NCBI GenBank assembly: GCA_030141605.1
Contig: JAQGDQ010000262.1
Span: forward strand, 216,978 to 280,977
Origin: Tubiluchus corallicola
Taxonomy: Eukaryota; Animalia; Priapulida
Reading direction: 5' to 3'
Length of the DNA: 64,000 nucleotides
Part shown: positions 22,511 to 37,300 of the stretch, one piece after another
Layout of the letters: each line of letters begins with the position of its first letter
Position numbering within the stretch: position 1 is the stretch's first letter
The notes under the pieces: model-generated
Database searches by the model: none
What the model was told of the DNA's origin: nothing
What the model saw: the letters and a program-made list of their open reading frames with translations, nothing else
Made by a program: the position numbers and the translations under genes

Positions 22511-25500
22511 TTACGAATGAGAAGAGCTCTCATTTGAATTACTGCTGCTATTAGCTTCAAGCCTGTCCGAACTGACACCCTGGAGACGACGGGCAAACAG
22601 GGAAGGCGCCGGCGCATATAGCCTCTTCGCTGGACTGCTGTCACTGCCGTCATCCTGGTACCTCAGCCTCTTGCCCGCAGCTCCGAATCTCTTCTGCCCG
22701 ATGCAGATCATGTTGTTGATTGCACGTAAATCCTAAAAAGATGGCAAAATAAAAAGAATGATCCTTGTTTTACTATTTGCAAACTTGTTAAATATGTCGT
22801 AAGCACCATTAATTGATGCAGAATGCACCACAAATGACAAAAAATGTTCAAAAACTTAGGAAGATCTTTTTCAAAATTCTCACCAGATTTTAAGGAAAAA
22901 CAGAAGCAAATTAGGACAGTACTAATAACTTCGTGGCACAGTTACTTTTGTTTTAAAAGTGGCATGTCAAATTTACAATTCCTTGTCTGTTCCCCAAAGG
23001 GGCAAGAACTTAATCTTGTGAAATGTGTATTTGCTCAGCATCCTAAAACGCACTTGCGGGGCAAAATCATAATTATGGTGTACTCTAAAAAGATACGTGG
23101 GAGGTCAAATCATAATTATGGTGTACTCTAAAAAGATACGTGGGAGATTAAATCATAATTATGGTGTACTCTAAAAAGATACGTGGCAGGTCAAATCATA
23201 ATTATGGTAAATGTTTAAAACTCGGAATTTTATCACCTCATGATCTTGTACCAAAAAGCGTAAATTCCAGGTTATGAAAACAAATAAACAATGTCCATGA
23301 ATCTTACCTTTGATGGGCTAACGCTGAATGAATACTTCATTGGTTTGATGGGAGATAGAGCTGCCTCAGGCAGACACTTCAAGGGAGACAGATAGACTGG
23401 GTGTTGCTTAGAAACCCGTTTCCGTGGCGACCTGGCCAACGATCGGGCTGATGGCAAAGGTGAAAGGGGCGGGGATGAAGTGCCGTTCTCCAGTTTCTTT
23501 GAAAACTTCAATGCAAAGGCAGTAACTTTCTCAACAAACACCTGTAAACATAACAATTTCATTGCTTCTATATACAGACTGCACAAAGATCACAGAACAA
23601 TCGCAGATATAAATCGCAAGATTAAAAGTGGTTCATTTCATCCCTTGTACAGTCTTGAAAAATTATATTACATTTCTTAACGACTTAGTTGTACTTCTCA
23701 TTCCCTGCTTTTTAAAAAAACTTTACAAATTTATTTATGCGCACAAAGCAAGAAGACATGTCAAATAGTTCTGAAAATTGAAATATCATCTGTAATAGTA
23801 ACAGGGATGATAATGACAAATTGCAAAAAACTCTGAAACAGGCCAGGGATTTTGGGGCCGCATAGGCAGCAACAAATTGCAATTTTGTGACCATAGAGAG
23901 CCTTTAAGTGGACTTAAAATATCAATTACCTTGTTTCATGCATAATTTAAAATACCCAACTATCAAGGATACATGATACCTAATTGTCTCAAAAACGCCC
24001 AAGTACTGGCTGCTCCTATGCAAAAGTATATAAAAACTGTCTGCAATTGACTCAAATAACTCTGCACAATTGATTCTATATTTTTATACATAGGGATATA
24101 CACACGTGGTTACACTGATGTACGTGATGTAAACAAAGTGACGGCCTGCCAACTAGCGGTCAGCTTGTGAAATAATGTACCGGGTAAGTAAAAATTTTCT
24201 CAACGAATTTAAACGATTTACAAAAATGGCACTACTGGTCTTCCACAAACTCGGAATTCCGCGTATCCGCGGAAAATTCTCATCCCTGTAGTAATGGGCA
24301 ATTTTGAAATTTTGTAATTTGATTATATAATTATATTGTTTTTGCAATTCAATATCACGATTAATCTTATGTGGCATTTTTTTAGTGTTTAGCCATATTT
24401 TTCAAACAGATGGCAGCACTGCAGCATAGCTTGTAAACTTCTTCACAGTTTTCTGCCATTTTTTGTACTTGCAAAATATTCTTAGAGACACAAACATTTA
24501 TTAACTACTCCATTACTATGTCAACTACACGTGTCTCACGCGAAAATGAATGTGAAGCCCCCAGTTTGCGACATTTCTTAGATAATGTTGTACTTACAGT
24601 GTTATAAAAGTTAATCAAATCTCCCCTGTCTTCGAACTCAAAACTGTTACTAGTGCCTGCTAGTTTGGTGGGCGTAGGCGGATGGCTACTTGGTTGTGGA
24701 ACGGGAAGCGTGCTGGATGACCTCATCAAACTTAACCTCTCACTACGACCTGCAAGAAAAAACAACAACCTTTGATGCAAAGCAGTATGATATTTCTCAT
24801 GACATCACTAACAAACTTCACTATTACTTGGACAGTTTAAGAATAAGTGCAAAAAAACCTGAAGTACAAAGTCTATGTTGCTAAAATGAAACTTGCAACA
24901 TCAAACTGACAACCATGACAACAATACCTTTCTCTGACAATTTTCTCTGTGCTGGTTCCTGTTCTTCTACAGAATTTGGTGACGAAGAACCGCTTGAACC
25001 ATTACTAGAATCTCTTCTTATTTTGTTGCGAAGAAGAACGCTTCGATACACCTTAATAAGCAAAATAAAAATACAGCAACATCATGGAAAAAGACGTCAT
25101 AAATGCGCACCATAATTTGGTCTGTAAACAAGTGCAAAAAATTTAAATTACAAAACACGATCAGAAAATGGATGACAGAATGAAACCTAAATAAAATAGT
25201 CACTAAGAAGTCACTTAGTGGCAGCCTCTAAGAATGTCATAGTTTCATAGAAGATTTTTTTTTGTTTTTAAAATTCAAATTCAAACTACAATAACACAAA
25301 TATACATGCACAACTTCTTATATAATTGAAAACACCAAAAAAGTCCTGACTCCCTAGAACTACTATTAAGGTGTTGAAGTTTGTTGCGCGGTAGCCGAAA
25401 AGGGGACCTTGCTGAGCCAATTTTAACAACAAAACACTCAACGTTTCACCAATGTTAAAATAAAACTATGACACCATCAGTGGCCATCTTGGCTAATTTA

Positions 25501-28500
25501 TTTCTGCTGAAATTAAGATTTGGGCTATGCCACACATCACTAAGTGACATTCCATTTAAAATCGACTTTACACTTGTCTGTAAATTTCCGTGTACAACAT
25601 TATACTGTATCTAATTTTACCACTAACACAAGATAGCACGACTAAGTCAAACACAACGGAAAGTAGAAGAACCTGTTGTGGTTTGCATGTTTTATAATAG
25701 GCCCAATATTACGTCATTCAGTGATGCATTCTGGGAATGCTTTCTAGTGAGACATGTCACATGGTTTTCTGACACATTTCAAATTTTCTATACTTATGGA
25801 CCTTTTATGCTTTATGCATTGCCAATTTTCAAATAAACACACAATTATCTAATTTTTGAAGCCTAATATAAACGAAAGAAAAGAAATATGATGACTTGAA
25901 CCGGTACTCTTTGGATTACAAGTTTATTGCAATGACTATTAGACCACACAGCCCTCAGTGATTATAACAGAGCCTGATTTAATTCTAACAGCTATATACA
26001 TTTATACTGGATTTTTCACATTTCCTTCTTTTCAGTCGAACATAGCTGCCACGAAAGGTCTTAGGTTCAAGTCCAGTATTGTAAAAAAATTTCAGACTTA
26101 ATTTTTTAGTATTGCTTTCGCGATTACGCTAGCAAGAATGCAAGTGACAGAACATCCACAGCTAGAAAATGTCTAAGAAAAAAGTAAGGTACAAAACTTA
26201 CATGACTGTGTGATTGAGGTTGCAGTCTGTAGCATCTCATAATTTCTTGAAATTGTCTGTCTTCACCGCAAACCTACAACAAATGGAAAAAAACAGTGTG
26301 GCTTCAATCATAAACGAAAATGCAACACAGAGAGAAGACAGACCAGCAACACAGAAAATAAAGTTTTACTTTGTTTAGCCTGGAGTGTGTCTGTCAGACA
26401 GCGTGGATAAGCAAGCAAGCAAGCAAGCAAACAAGCAAGCAAGCAAGCAAGCAAGCAGGCAAGCAAGCAAACAAGCAAGCAAGTTTATTAGTTTATCACC
26501 ATTTTTAAAATAGCAAAATACATAACTAAGAGATTCATAAATCTGTACAACATACAATAATATTACAAAGTGCAAAAGTAATTATTGATTAGCGGTGAAA
26601 GGGTGGCGAAAGAACTATAAGTTATCCAGGTCAGCCACCCTCTCAGAATTGTTACTAATATAATTAATTAATTAATGCGCATGTACCAGGTAATTAAAAA
26701 TTTAAATCAGTTCAGTCAGTAGCTTGTTACTTTGAACAGCAGCAGCTGCAGCGGCGGCGACGACGACGACGACAACAACAATAACAGCAGGAGCAACAAC
26801 ACAACAACAACAAGAAAACAGTATTTATGTTGTCTTATGTTTAGGTAATATTAGAAAAAATCAGGTTAATTAGTAGATAGTAGGAAAAACACCACAAAGA
26901 GGTCAACTTTCGCCATTCCCACAATACCTTGCCCATAACATAGATGCAACACATTAGAAGCTGGTCAATATGTCTGTCCTTCAGCAGGTCGATATGCTGC
27001 GTAAGGCAATGCTCAAAACATGTCCAAGCTTTTTGACGAACGTCACTGCTCAAATCCAGACGTTCGCACAGATCTCGTAGTCGAACGCTCACTAAATGGT
27101 ACACCTGCAACATTACAACAGGATTACAGAATTTAACAAGTTTTATAAACCAAATGATAATCAATTTTTCTCTATATCCAACAGTAGATATAAGGCAGTG
27201 ACTAAAAAGTAATAGACTATATACAAACTTTAATTTGTATACACAAAGTAAAAAATAGACTGAACGCATTTTTATAACATACAAGGACAGACGTTACTCT
27301 CCATACTGCAAAAATTCAAATCCGTATTTTGTATGACAGTTAAAACAGAGACCAATGACATTGTTCAAACTATGCAATGGTTTAGACTGGAACCCTAGCC
27401 AGTGCACATGCTGGACCAACCAGAATCTGAAATCGAAATTTGTTAGACTTGTTATAGATTTGTTAGACTCAAGAAAATCGAATTCTAGTCTTTCTTTGAA
27501 TATCTGATAACTACAGTATCATAATGGCAATCTCGATATACAATGGTACATAAAACGATTACCTTTCTGAAGAAGAGTGCCAGGGAACCTCCTTTCTTTG
27601 GTTTATTTGGTGCAACGACAGCTTTTGAGGGACTTGTTAGCACCGTTCCAGACGGCGACGATATTGGCACGATGACGTATGGCCCTGAATCAGGTTGCAC
27701 ACCTGTAACAATTTCAGCAAAATTATAGACTTAGTGGTAAGATCGAAATGAAAATCAGATTCGTATCAAATATCTGATGGAAGAATTCTGTTTTTTTTCT
27801 GCAAATGTCTTTTAACTGCTTAGAGAAAGTACAAAATTGAAAGCATGAATGTAGAACTTTCATAATTGAAGCAGAACATTAAAAACACAACGTAAATAAC
27901 ATTAAACTGATCTAATTAAAAAATAAGTGTGCACCTAAGATTTAGCAGAGATTTAACAACGAACTAATTACCAAAAAACAAGATTTCTTGACGAAGCAAT
28001 CAACTTATGCAATGTGAAACAAATAAGTTATTGAGTGGTTTTGCTATTAAGTCATATTACTTGCCTTAGCTGGTCTAGCTTGCATTGCATTGCGCCATTT
28101 TGCCCGAGCAAAGCTGTTTGCCATTTTTATTTTAGCTTATCTGGATTTTGAATCAGCTATCATTTAAGAAATCAGCTACATATTAACGGCCATCTTGCAC
28201 AGAGATTTTCACGGGTGAAAATGGACAAATTCCATTTAATTAAAATACTCGCATTTTAATTATATTCCACGAAAGTAAATTAATAACATGCACTCCGTCG
28301 TTCAATTTCAGCAGTAACGTGATGGATCCTCAGATGGTATACTAAGAAGCCTTTATTTCAGTGGAAATGTGATTTATTCTGCTCAGAGGGTGTACCGTGA
28401 AGCCTACGTGAAAAGAAGCCATGTCGGAGAAAGACATAACATAATATAACCTTTACCTTGTCTTTAATCAGCAACAAACAAGGGAATTACAATAAGCACA

Positions 28501-31284
28501 AAATATTTCCCTAAACACATCAACACTTCCTTCTACAGGGATGAGAATGATAAATTGCAAAAAACTCTGAAATAGGCCGGGGGTTTTGGGGCCGCCTAGG
28601 CCCCCAATGGGGTTGAGGGGCTTTGAAGCCAGCAACAAATTGCAATTTTGTGACCACAGAGAACCTCTAAGTGGACTTAAAATATGAATTACCTTGTTTC
28701 ATGCATAATTCAAAATACCCAACTATCAAGGATACATGATACCTAATTGTCTGAAAAACGCCTAAGTACTGGCAGCTCCTGTGCAAAAGTATATAAAAAC
28801 TGTCTACAATTGACTCAAATAACTCCGCACAATTGATTCTATATTTTTATACATAGAGATATACACGTGGTTACACTGATGTACGTGATGTAAACAAAGT
28901 GACGGCCTGCCAACTAGTGGTCAGTTTGTGAAATAATGTACTGGGCCCGTAAAAATTTTCTCAACGAATTTACACGATTTACAAAAATGGTACTACTGGT
29001 CTTCCAAAAACTCGGAATTCCGCATATCCGCGGAAAATTCTCATCCCTGCTTCTACTAAATGCATTTAATAACTTTTCTTTTGCCGCAGGCTCTGCAGAT
29101 TTGAAGGGATGCCTATGGTTTTGAGCAGGGTCAGATCTGCTGCCAGGGGTACCAAAATGATGAAATCACAATGCATACACTACAGGCAACAAAGTTTATT
29201 TTTAAAAGATAGGAGCCTGCTAGATTAACCTGCAAGGAGCCATAAAGGTATAGTTATGTTTGACTTTTCTCTAGTTTGTTTTATGTTTTAATCGGTTAGT
29301 TAAACGCTTTGCTTATTTTGTTAATCATCATTTCATATTTTTCATTTTATTTCTTTGTTGCTTATTTAGTTATTTCGCTTTCATGTTTAATGTATCACCC
29401 CATAAATCATGTTAACAGCAGCACTACAAATTTTTTACAATTTACACTAACCTGAGAAGGGTAGCTGACTCGATGACCAATCGATGATTTCGCTACCCTT
29501 TCTCCTGCACCCCCCTAACTCTTTCCTTTATGCTTAATTCATCCTTTTTAATCAATAACTATAAAAATAATAGTCAATTTGTATACTGGTGTAAATGAGG
29601 AAATAAATAAAAATGTCTATGTCTATGTCTATTATGCCACTGTTTTGCTTGGTCCACACTTCTACAAAAAAAAGAACTGCCACTAAGCAACCAAACTGAT
29701 TGCACTCCTTGGATGCACAAAACATTTTCTTACACATATTAGTTGAATTTCAGTAAGCACATCTGGCTCTAATGTGAACAAACCTTGTATAATTACAGAT
29801 GACGGAAAAAGTCGACGCTTAGCCGAACTTCCTGGTGCCGGCGAACTGAAACGATCTTGTACAGTCGGCGCAACAGGTGACATGGTGACATCTATGAATA
29901 AGCAAATAAAACACAATAGATATCAGTGACATCTATGAATAAGCAGATAAAACACAATACATATCAGCGACATCTATGAATAAGCAAATAAAACACAATA
30001 GATATCAGGGACATCTATGAATAAGCAAATAAAACACAATAGATATCAGGGACATCTATGAATAAGCAAATAAATCACAATAGATATCAGTGACATCTAT
30101 GAATAAGCAAATAAAACACAACAGATATCAGTGACATCTATGAATAAGCAAATAAAACACAATAGATATCAGTGACATCTATGAATAAGCAAATAAAACA
30201 CAATAGATATCAGTGACATCTATGAATAAGCAAATAAAACACAACAGATATCAGTGACATCTATGAATAAGCAAATAAAACACAATAAATATCAGTTTTC
30301 AGAAGCACCAATAAACTACGAAGAAATGGTAGTTTCTTTTTGACGAAAAAAAAAGAATTAGAAACAAAGTAGTTTGGAAATTTAACTAATAAAACTCTTG
30401 CTTTTTTACAGACTACAATGTACCACTTTTATGATGTATTATTTTCTCAGTTGAAATCTAACACCGTGCACCGGATAGCTGATCGTTAAAAAACATCATT
30501 GCAACAACAGGTTTGTCTTAGATAAACATATACATATCAGCATAGTTGTAGCGACTAAATTGGGCCCACAGACCAGAAGTATTGAACACAGCATACCAGT
30601 TTTGGTAGAATTGTTGACTGCTACACGCTGAAGTACAGTTTGCTTCTGCGGAGAAGAGTTGACACTCTGGGAACCGGGATTTTCATGTTCAATTTGACTG
30701 GGTAGTAACACCTAACAAAATTAAACAAAACTGAATTAAGTTTGGACAGTACAAAAGCTTAAGCTACCATTTATTTCATAAGTATTTTTCACTTAATAAC
30801 ACTATTTCATTTAATTTTTAGTTCAAATAAATTATCTGTGTTTCAACTAACATGCTAGAAAGCAAGGTTTGTGCTAATTTGGCATTAACAAACTGTTCAA
30901 ACCTAATCCAATCACGACTTTGCAGCATGTTCATCTTAAACTGACAAAGTGCTGACTGGCTGTGTAACTGCAGGAAAATGTTTCGTCATGAACCCAATCA
31001 TATGATTTAGATACAGAAAAGAAAAATTTTTATGTAGTTGATCTGCAAGCATAGATCCGTACCAAACGAGCAAACAACTGTAATTCATGGGATGGGAGGA
31101 GATGGAGAGAGAGAAAGAGAGAGAGAGAAGGAAGGAGGGAGAGGGAGACAGGGGAAGTGAGCAAGAGAGAGTGAGAGAGAGGGTGAGCAGAAAGAGAGAG
31201 AAGGAAGGAGGGAGAGGGAGACAGAGGAAGTGAGCGAGACAGAGAGAGACAGAGAGAGAGAGCGAGAGAGAGAGCGAGAGCGAG

Positions 31285-31343
<59 letters not shown>

Positions 31344-34300
31344 AGAGAGAGAGAGAGATTTCAGCAAATGTTACAAATATTTAAACAGTGCAAGGAAACA
31401 CCAGCACAAAAGGGTAACAAGGCATGACCTTAGTATAACCTCTATGTCACTTTTTGCTCTTTCACTTACGTCTTCACAAGACGGCAATCCACTTTCTGCT
31501 AATTCTATTTGTCGCCACAACGGTGACTCGCTCTTCCACGCCAAACTCTCCAAAATCTTTTCTTCAATCTGAAATGATAACAGTAGATCACACAATACTT
31601 TAATTATGTTTTGTGTCATTGATATATGGTCTTCGTTGTAAACACTCTGCCTTTTTATACATACAATATGGCATGCTGTAGAGTAGCAAGCTTCCAGCAA
31701 TCAACAACAAATGGCAGGACCTACTTCAAGTAAACAGATGTCTCCTGATAATACATAATCCTCTAAGATGCCTAGTTTGAACTGACAGAGTTACCTTAGC
31801 CACGTTTAAACATAAATGCCTCTTCACTAAACATGATAAATAGAAGGAATTATAATGGCAGACGCTCACTGCCAAGAAAAGATTTTATTCACTGTCACCA
31901 ACCCATTTACTAATGAGGGCCATCATTGCTTAATTTTAGTTTATAAGCAAGCAATGTATAAACTCAGCTATTCCCTCAACCCAGTTGCTTATCCGGAGTT
32001 CATTAAAGCATAACGAGGCGAAAATACGAAAGATAGTCTAACAAGTAAGAGCTCTTCCAAATTTCTGGAATCAACTAACCAAAAGTCTATTTTTCTAGTA
32101 ACGAATAATGTATGAAATATCGTTGAATGTACAAATTTAACACAATTCAAACATAATTAGATCTCTTTTCAGTACAAAAAGTCAATCCTCACGCAGAGTC
32201 AGAACAGGTCTGTGAATGACTAATGTCATCATCAAAGAGCTTTCAATAACAAACATGTAAAAATGATGTATTGCTGATGGTTGAGTTATGTTTGTTTGCT
32301 TACGTTTCAATGTTCGAATTAATTTTTTCGCTTGCCAATAAAATTTCAAGAAAATGAAGATCTGCCTCAAAAGAGAAAACACAAGAAAAACGCTACATCT
32401 TGAGTACTAACTTAACTTATTACCCCGAAACCAAGCTAACATCATCATCCAATGATTCGTACATCCAGGGACATGATTCTGTTCACCTCCCTATGCCAGG
32501 ACTCCCTGCCCGCCGCAATGACCCAAGTGCATTTATTTCTAAGGATCAATGCTGAAGTATTTAAATCTTTCTGTGCAAAATCTAAATATGTTAACATTTG
32601 TCCTCCTGCAGGTTTTTTAGCTGGTTCTATGTCTTGTTGAAGAGCTAGGTAGTCTAAGCATATGCCCAATTCATCTTAAACGGCGTCTTTTTATTTTTCT
32701 TGTCCAAGGTTCTTCTTTTATTTTTTCATATAGATCTTTGTTGAAATTTTCTTTGGCCATCTGATACCCAAAATGTTTCCGTAATTTCGCCTTTGAAACG
32801 CATCGATTTCAGCTTTATGATTTGCTTTTAATGTCCAGAGCTCAGAGTTATACAGCAATACAGTTTCAACTGAGGCTGAGAATATTCTAATTTTTGTTTA
32901 AAAAGAAATCTTCCTATTCTCAAAAACTTTTGTGAGTTGTGAGTAAGCTGAAAATGTCATTATCTTCCGTCTTGATATGTCGTCTTCTGTAGACATTTTA
33001 ACTTCACCACACGTAACATGTTCTTATGATAATTAGTTTAGTGCTCTGTAGACGAAATAACCAAAAGTGAAGAGTAACAAAGATTTATGTGGCAAGAAAC
33101 AAAAATGGACCGAAAATGCTAAAGGAAAAACCAACCCTCAAACAACATTTACTGCACCATAATGTACAATTAAAAATATTAAAATCACATAATATATGCA
33201 CATAAAATGTCTTGCTTAAAATGCAAAATAAATGTAAAATTTTTTTATCTCCCGCCAAACGAAAGTCGCTGCCGGCATATTTGAAGAAATGATGCAAGCT
33301 GGCGTCTGCTGGGCAGCGTGAATGCTGTGAAGGCAAGCAGTGATGAAGGTACGCATTGGAAAATGTCTACAGTTTGCTTAGAAGTTCTGTTATTCTAGCG
33401 TTGTGCTCAACTGTGTTTATGGAAAAAAATCAGTCATAAATCACGCATAAATTATGACCAAATTTAAAGTGGTCCCGTAGCTTTAATCTACAGGAATATA
33501 CCTTAAAATATGTAAGTAGTGTACATTAATTGCGTAAATAATCAATTTACACAGACTTTTGTTGACTTTCAGGTACACATGCAAACTTGCGAACATACAG
33601 TAAGTGCCGGGCAGGTTACTTAGTTCTTAGACAATGCTTTATTAGTTAAAAAAAGACTGCTGAAGCACCTGGAAGAATAAGTGTTTACATTTTATGGAAA
33701 TCGAAAGACACCATGTTTCGTTCAAAATGACAGCACCCCCCCCCAGCATGAAGTGATCGCGACTTCAAATTGATTTTACTAATTACACGAGGCACTTAAA
33801 TCTATCTGAAGTCTTCCCATTACCACACTCACATTTTAGTAACCGTCAAAGAAATCAAGGGGAGATGATGAATGAATTTCACACACAATGAGCTGAAACG
33901 AATTACCTGATATCTCTAATTCAGAATGGTATTTTATTGTTAAGATTAGCTAAAGACCGAATAGTGCGGCAGCAGGTGGGCAGTGGGGCACCCAAGCGGC
34001 ATAGCGACTCTTTCAGTACAATTCTCGTTCCTCACAAAAACTCAGAACAGGTCTGTGAGTGATAACTGTCATCATTAGAGTCTTAAGACGGCAAACAATT
34101 TCTCATAAGTCATTATTTCCTCAGCTCAATTCTGCTGTGATCAGAATTACGCTACTCCGCTTGGTGTTTACGCACATTGCGTTGGTCAAACATATATAAA
34201 AGGCGAAAATAGGGCATTTACGAAAAACAATATTCACAATGAAGTCAAACTAAAATTGTCCCAGTGTCTCGCAAAGCAAAAGCAGTGTCTCGCACTTCTT

Positions 34301-37300
34301 ATTAGAAAAATATTTCACTAGCATACTCAACATCGGGCATTCTGGAGCCTGCTAAGCTTCCCCCCACAGACTGCTTCAACTCTTTACTGTCTGTATAATT
34401 CTTACACTAATCTTTACAACCAATGACCTTTATGACCAGACGGTTTAATCTAGTAGTAACGCGTCTGCTTTCCGTCTGGGAGGTCGTGAGTTCGAACCAG
34501 CGGCCGGGTCATACCAAAGACTTTAAAAATGGTACTTGCTGTTGCCCTGCCTGACGCGTGGTATTTAGGGTTAAAGTGGGGTAATAATAGTCTCTGTTAT
34601 GTAGTTGAAGGTTGTTATCTACAGTCGGCGATAATAGCTCTTTGAGCTAATGTTAATTGTTGACCCAAAAGCCGACTTTAAATAAAGATTATTATTATTT
34701 ATGGTTATTATTATTATATTATTATTATTATTATTATTATAATGCTTACAGAGTTGAGATGCTTAACGACATCCCTAGACAAGGCATCCTCAGACTTTAT
34801 CAACACTTCAATGACCTTGTAGAAATGATATGGCGCCAACTTCAAAGCATCGACAAGCCACGGAAATGTCCTGCAAGAAAAGAAAAAAAAGAAAAATAAT
34901 ACTGTATAGAAAAAAACATTAATATATGTTGCAGAACCAAATGAATACATATTATACAGATTAAATGTACAATACCTCTGTGAGTTATAAGAAAATATCA
35001 CAATTTCTAGGCAGACTGCGAATAATGACTGGTGATATACATCTTGCTCCAGTAAAGGCTGAAACATAAAACATCCTTGATAGAAAAAATAGAAGTAAAA
35101 CAACGACCCCAAATTCAGGCAACCCGAGACAAGTTTGCTAGTGTTTCTTTTATTCTACATGTTTCTGTATGTTTGTTTCTTCTCTCTGAAAGTTATTTCT
35201 CTGTTAAAGATTCTGCTTCACTAATTTTGAATTGCAATAGCGATTTTGTCTCTTAATTTTTGGGGAAATTCCCACCTACCGTAACAATGCTTGCCAAAAT
35301 GTCACTTTACAGTTTAGCTTAAGGTACAAGGCTGAGGCTATTTGTGACACAAACTGACCTGTGGTGCTTTCGGTCCCTGAGACTTAAAGGACAAGAAAAG
35401 GACTAATTGAAGCTGGTTTCAGAAAAATCACCTTAAAAGTGATATTATTTTGTAGCAATTTTGTGAGCATATCGTACTCGCGTTGAAAGGATTTTTTGCT
35501 TGCTTTCATTTTAAATCTCCTGCTACACTGTTCCGACGGCGCCATTATATGACGTCATATATGAGCAACGTAAATCAGGGGAAGAAAAGGAAATGTTAAA
35601 CTATGTCCCAAAAAACTTTCTATGTAAAATTACATTACTTAGCATTTTGCTTACCTAGTTGAAAGACTTGTGTAAGTAGAAAAGAAAATTATTAATTATT
35701 AAAAATGTTTTCACTAATTGTTAAAATGTCGCTGACTCACCCTCCAGGGTGCGCCACTCTCTAACCAGAAAATGTATTTTTAATCTTATTGACAAGATAC
35801 AGTAATTTTAAATTTTACTCAGTTAGTGAGTGTGCACAACGAATGCTTTGATTATTTTTTCAAACTTTACATAGTGTTATCTAAACTTGTTTCAAATGAC
35901 TTTTATCTTCAAAATGGCTGCATCTAACGGTCATTGCTGGAGTTTAAATTTACACAGCGATGTTTTGTACAGCGTTTTGCCAATGCAAGTCTAACATGCA
36001 AAAAAGCAGTATGTATGTAGGTATAAAATCTCAAGATGAATTTTTTAAGCTTTATGTAAGTTGAGGGTTTTCTTGTGCTTTAACATTCAACACTGTGCGG
36101 CATTTATTGTTCAACTCAATGCTAACACTGTTCTACATTAACACAAATAATTTACAGCAACGCATACAAAGCAAAAATTGAGTTAGCCGAGGGCCTGCAT
36201 TCTTTCCTAACAAGAACATCAAAAAAATCTAAAAACACTGGCAAGCAGTCAACAATAATGATGACAAACTGGATAATGCTCCAAGCACAATCACCGAACA
36301 AAGGTGTCAAATTAAAAAACGACATGTGACGTCTCCTCAAATAACAAGTAACCACAAGCTTAATTCACTGCAAAAATTGTTCACTAATCACTATTATTAG
36401 AAAAACTGGCAAATGTTGTTTAATATCCAATATGGAGAATGTTTAGAAGTTGGTGCTCAAACACTATTTGAATCATTATCAACTAATATCACTACGTAGA
36501 ATAAAATATTCAAACTACCTAGTCAACCTTTAATCAGCTTTTAAGAAATAATACCTAATTATCAATGAAGTGTTTACCGTAAAGTCGAAATTGGGCGGCA
36601 GTCGCCTCTTTTCCATTTGCATAATGTTCTCGAGAGCTTTGTAGTAAAGGCTTTCACCCAACTGCAGCCTCTTCTTGGCAAAGTCTATGTGAGAACCGGG
36701 ATGGTCTTCTGATGGCTGAAATGACAACAGCTTATACAATCACAGCTTTTGCAGGCGCACTAAGTTTTGGTCTTGCCACAAAAATATGAATGAAGTAGGT
36801 CCAGATAAGGATGCTGGATTCTGGCTCGCAGTGCATTGAATTTTACGGAAAATTTAACTGCAGTTAAAAATCTTGAGATCGAATGAAGAATGTTCTAACA
36901 AAACTTTGACCATGAAAAGGTTTTGACTGATCATGAGTGCATTTTCAAAGTTACGAGAAAATCTTGGTCATTTTCCCAAGGTGACTAAATACATCACCCA
37001 TCCTTGCATATGAAAATCTGAGTTAATTTTATTGCCCAATTTCCTGCAGTTTTTTTTATCACAAAAGAAAATAATTATACATGTATTTCACTCCCAGTTC
37101 TCTTTCTCATCTTTGTGTCAACTATTCTATTACCTTGCGCTTCAAATGCAGGCAAAAATTTGACGCAATTATTAGTTACATTTGCTCACAAACAATTTCC
37201 AGTTTGAAGAATAGTTCGTGGACTTATTAAACAGAGTACACTGTAGCACGAATACTATATCATACCTGTGCATAATGTGTGCAGAAAATTTCACCCATTT

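Noticed and set aside
29074-29139. Candidate 66-nt phase-1 cassette exon in the RBL spacer (ADLTLLKTIGIPSNLQSLRQKK)
   Set aside because: Weak donor (GTTATT), no recognisable homology, and the gene model is complete without it.
29885-30296. CRISPR-like appearance of the regular repeats (also 19050 and 46781)
   Set aside because: Head-to-tail units with no unique spacers, no cas genes, eukaryotic intron context.
30936-31427. SLSLSL / RERERE ORFs (also LACLLAC at 26375 and FLPSFLPS at 54715)
   Set aside because: Microsatellite translations.
34434-34510. tRNA gene
   Set aside because: Degenerate cloverleaf followed by a SINE core and tail; it is a SINE head.
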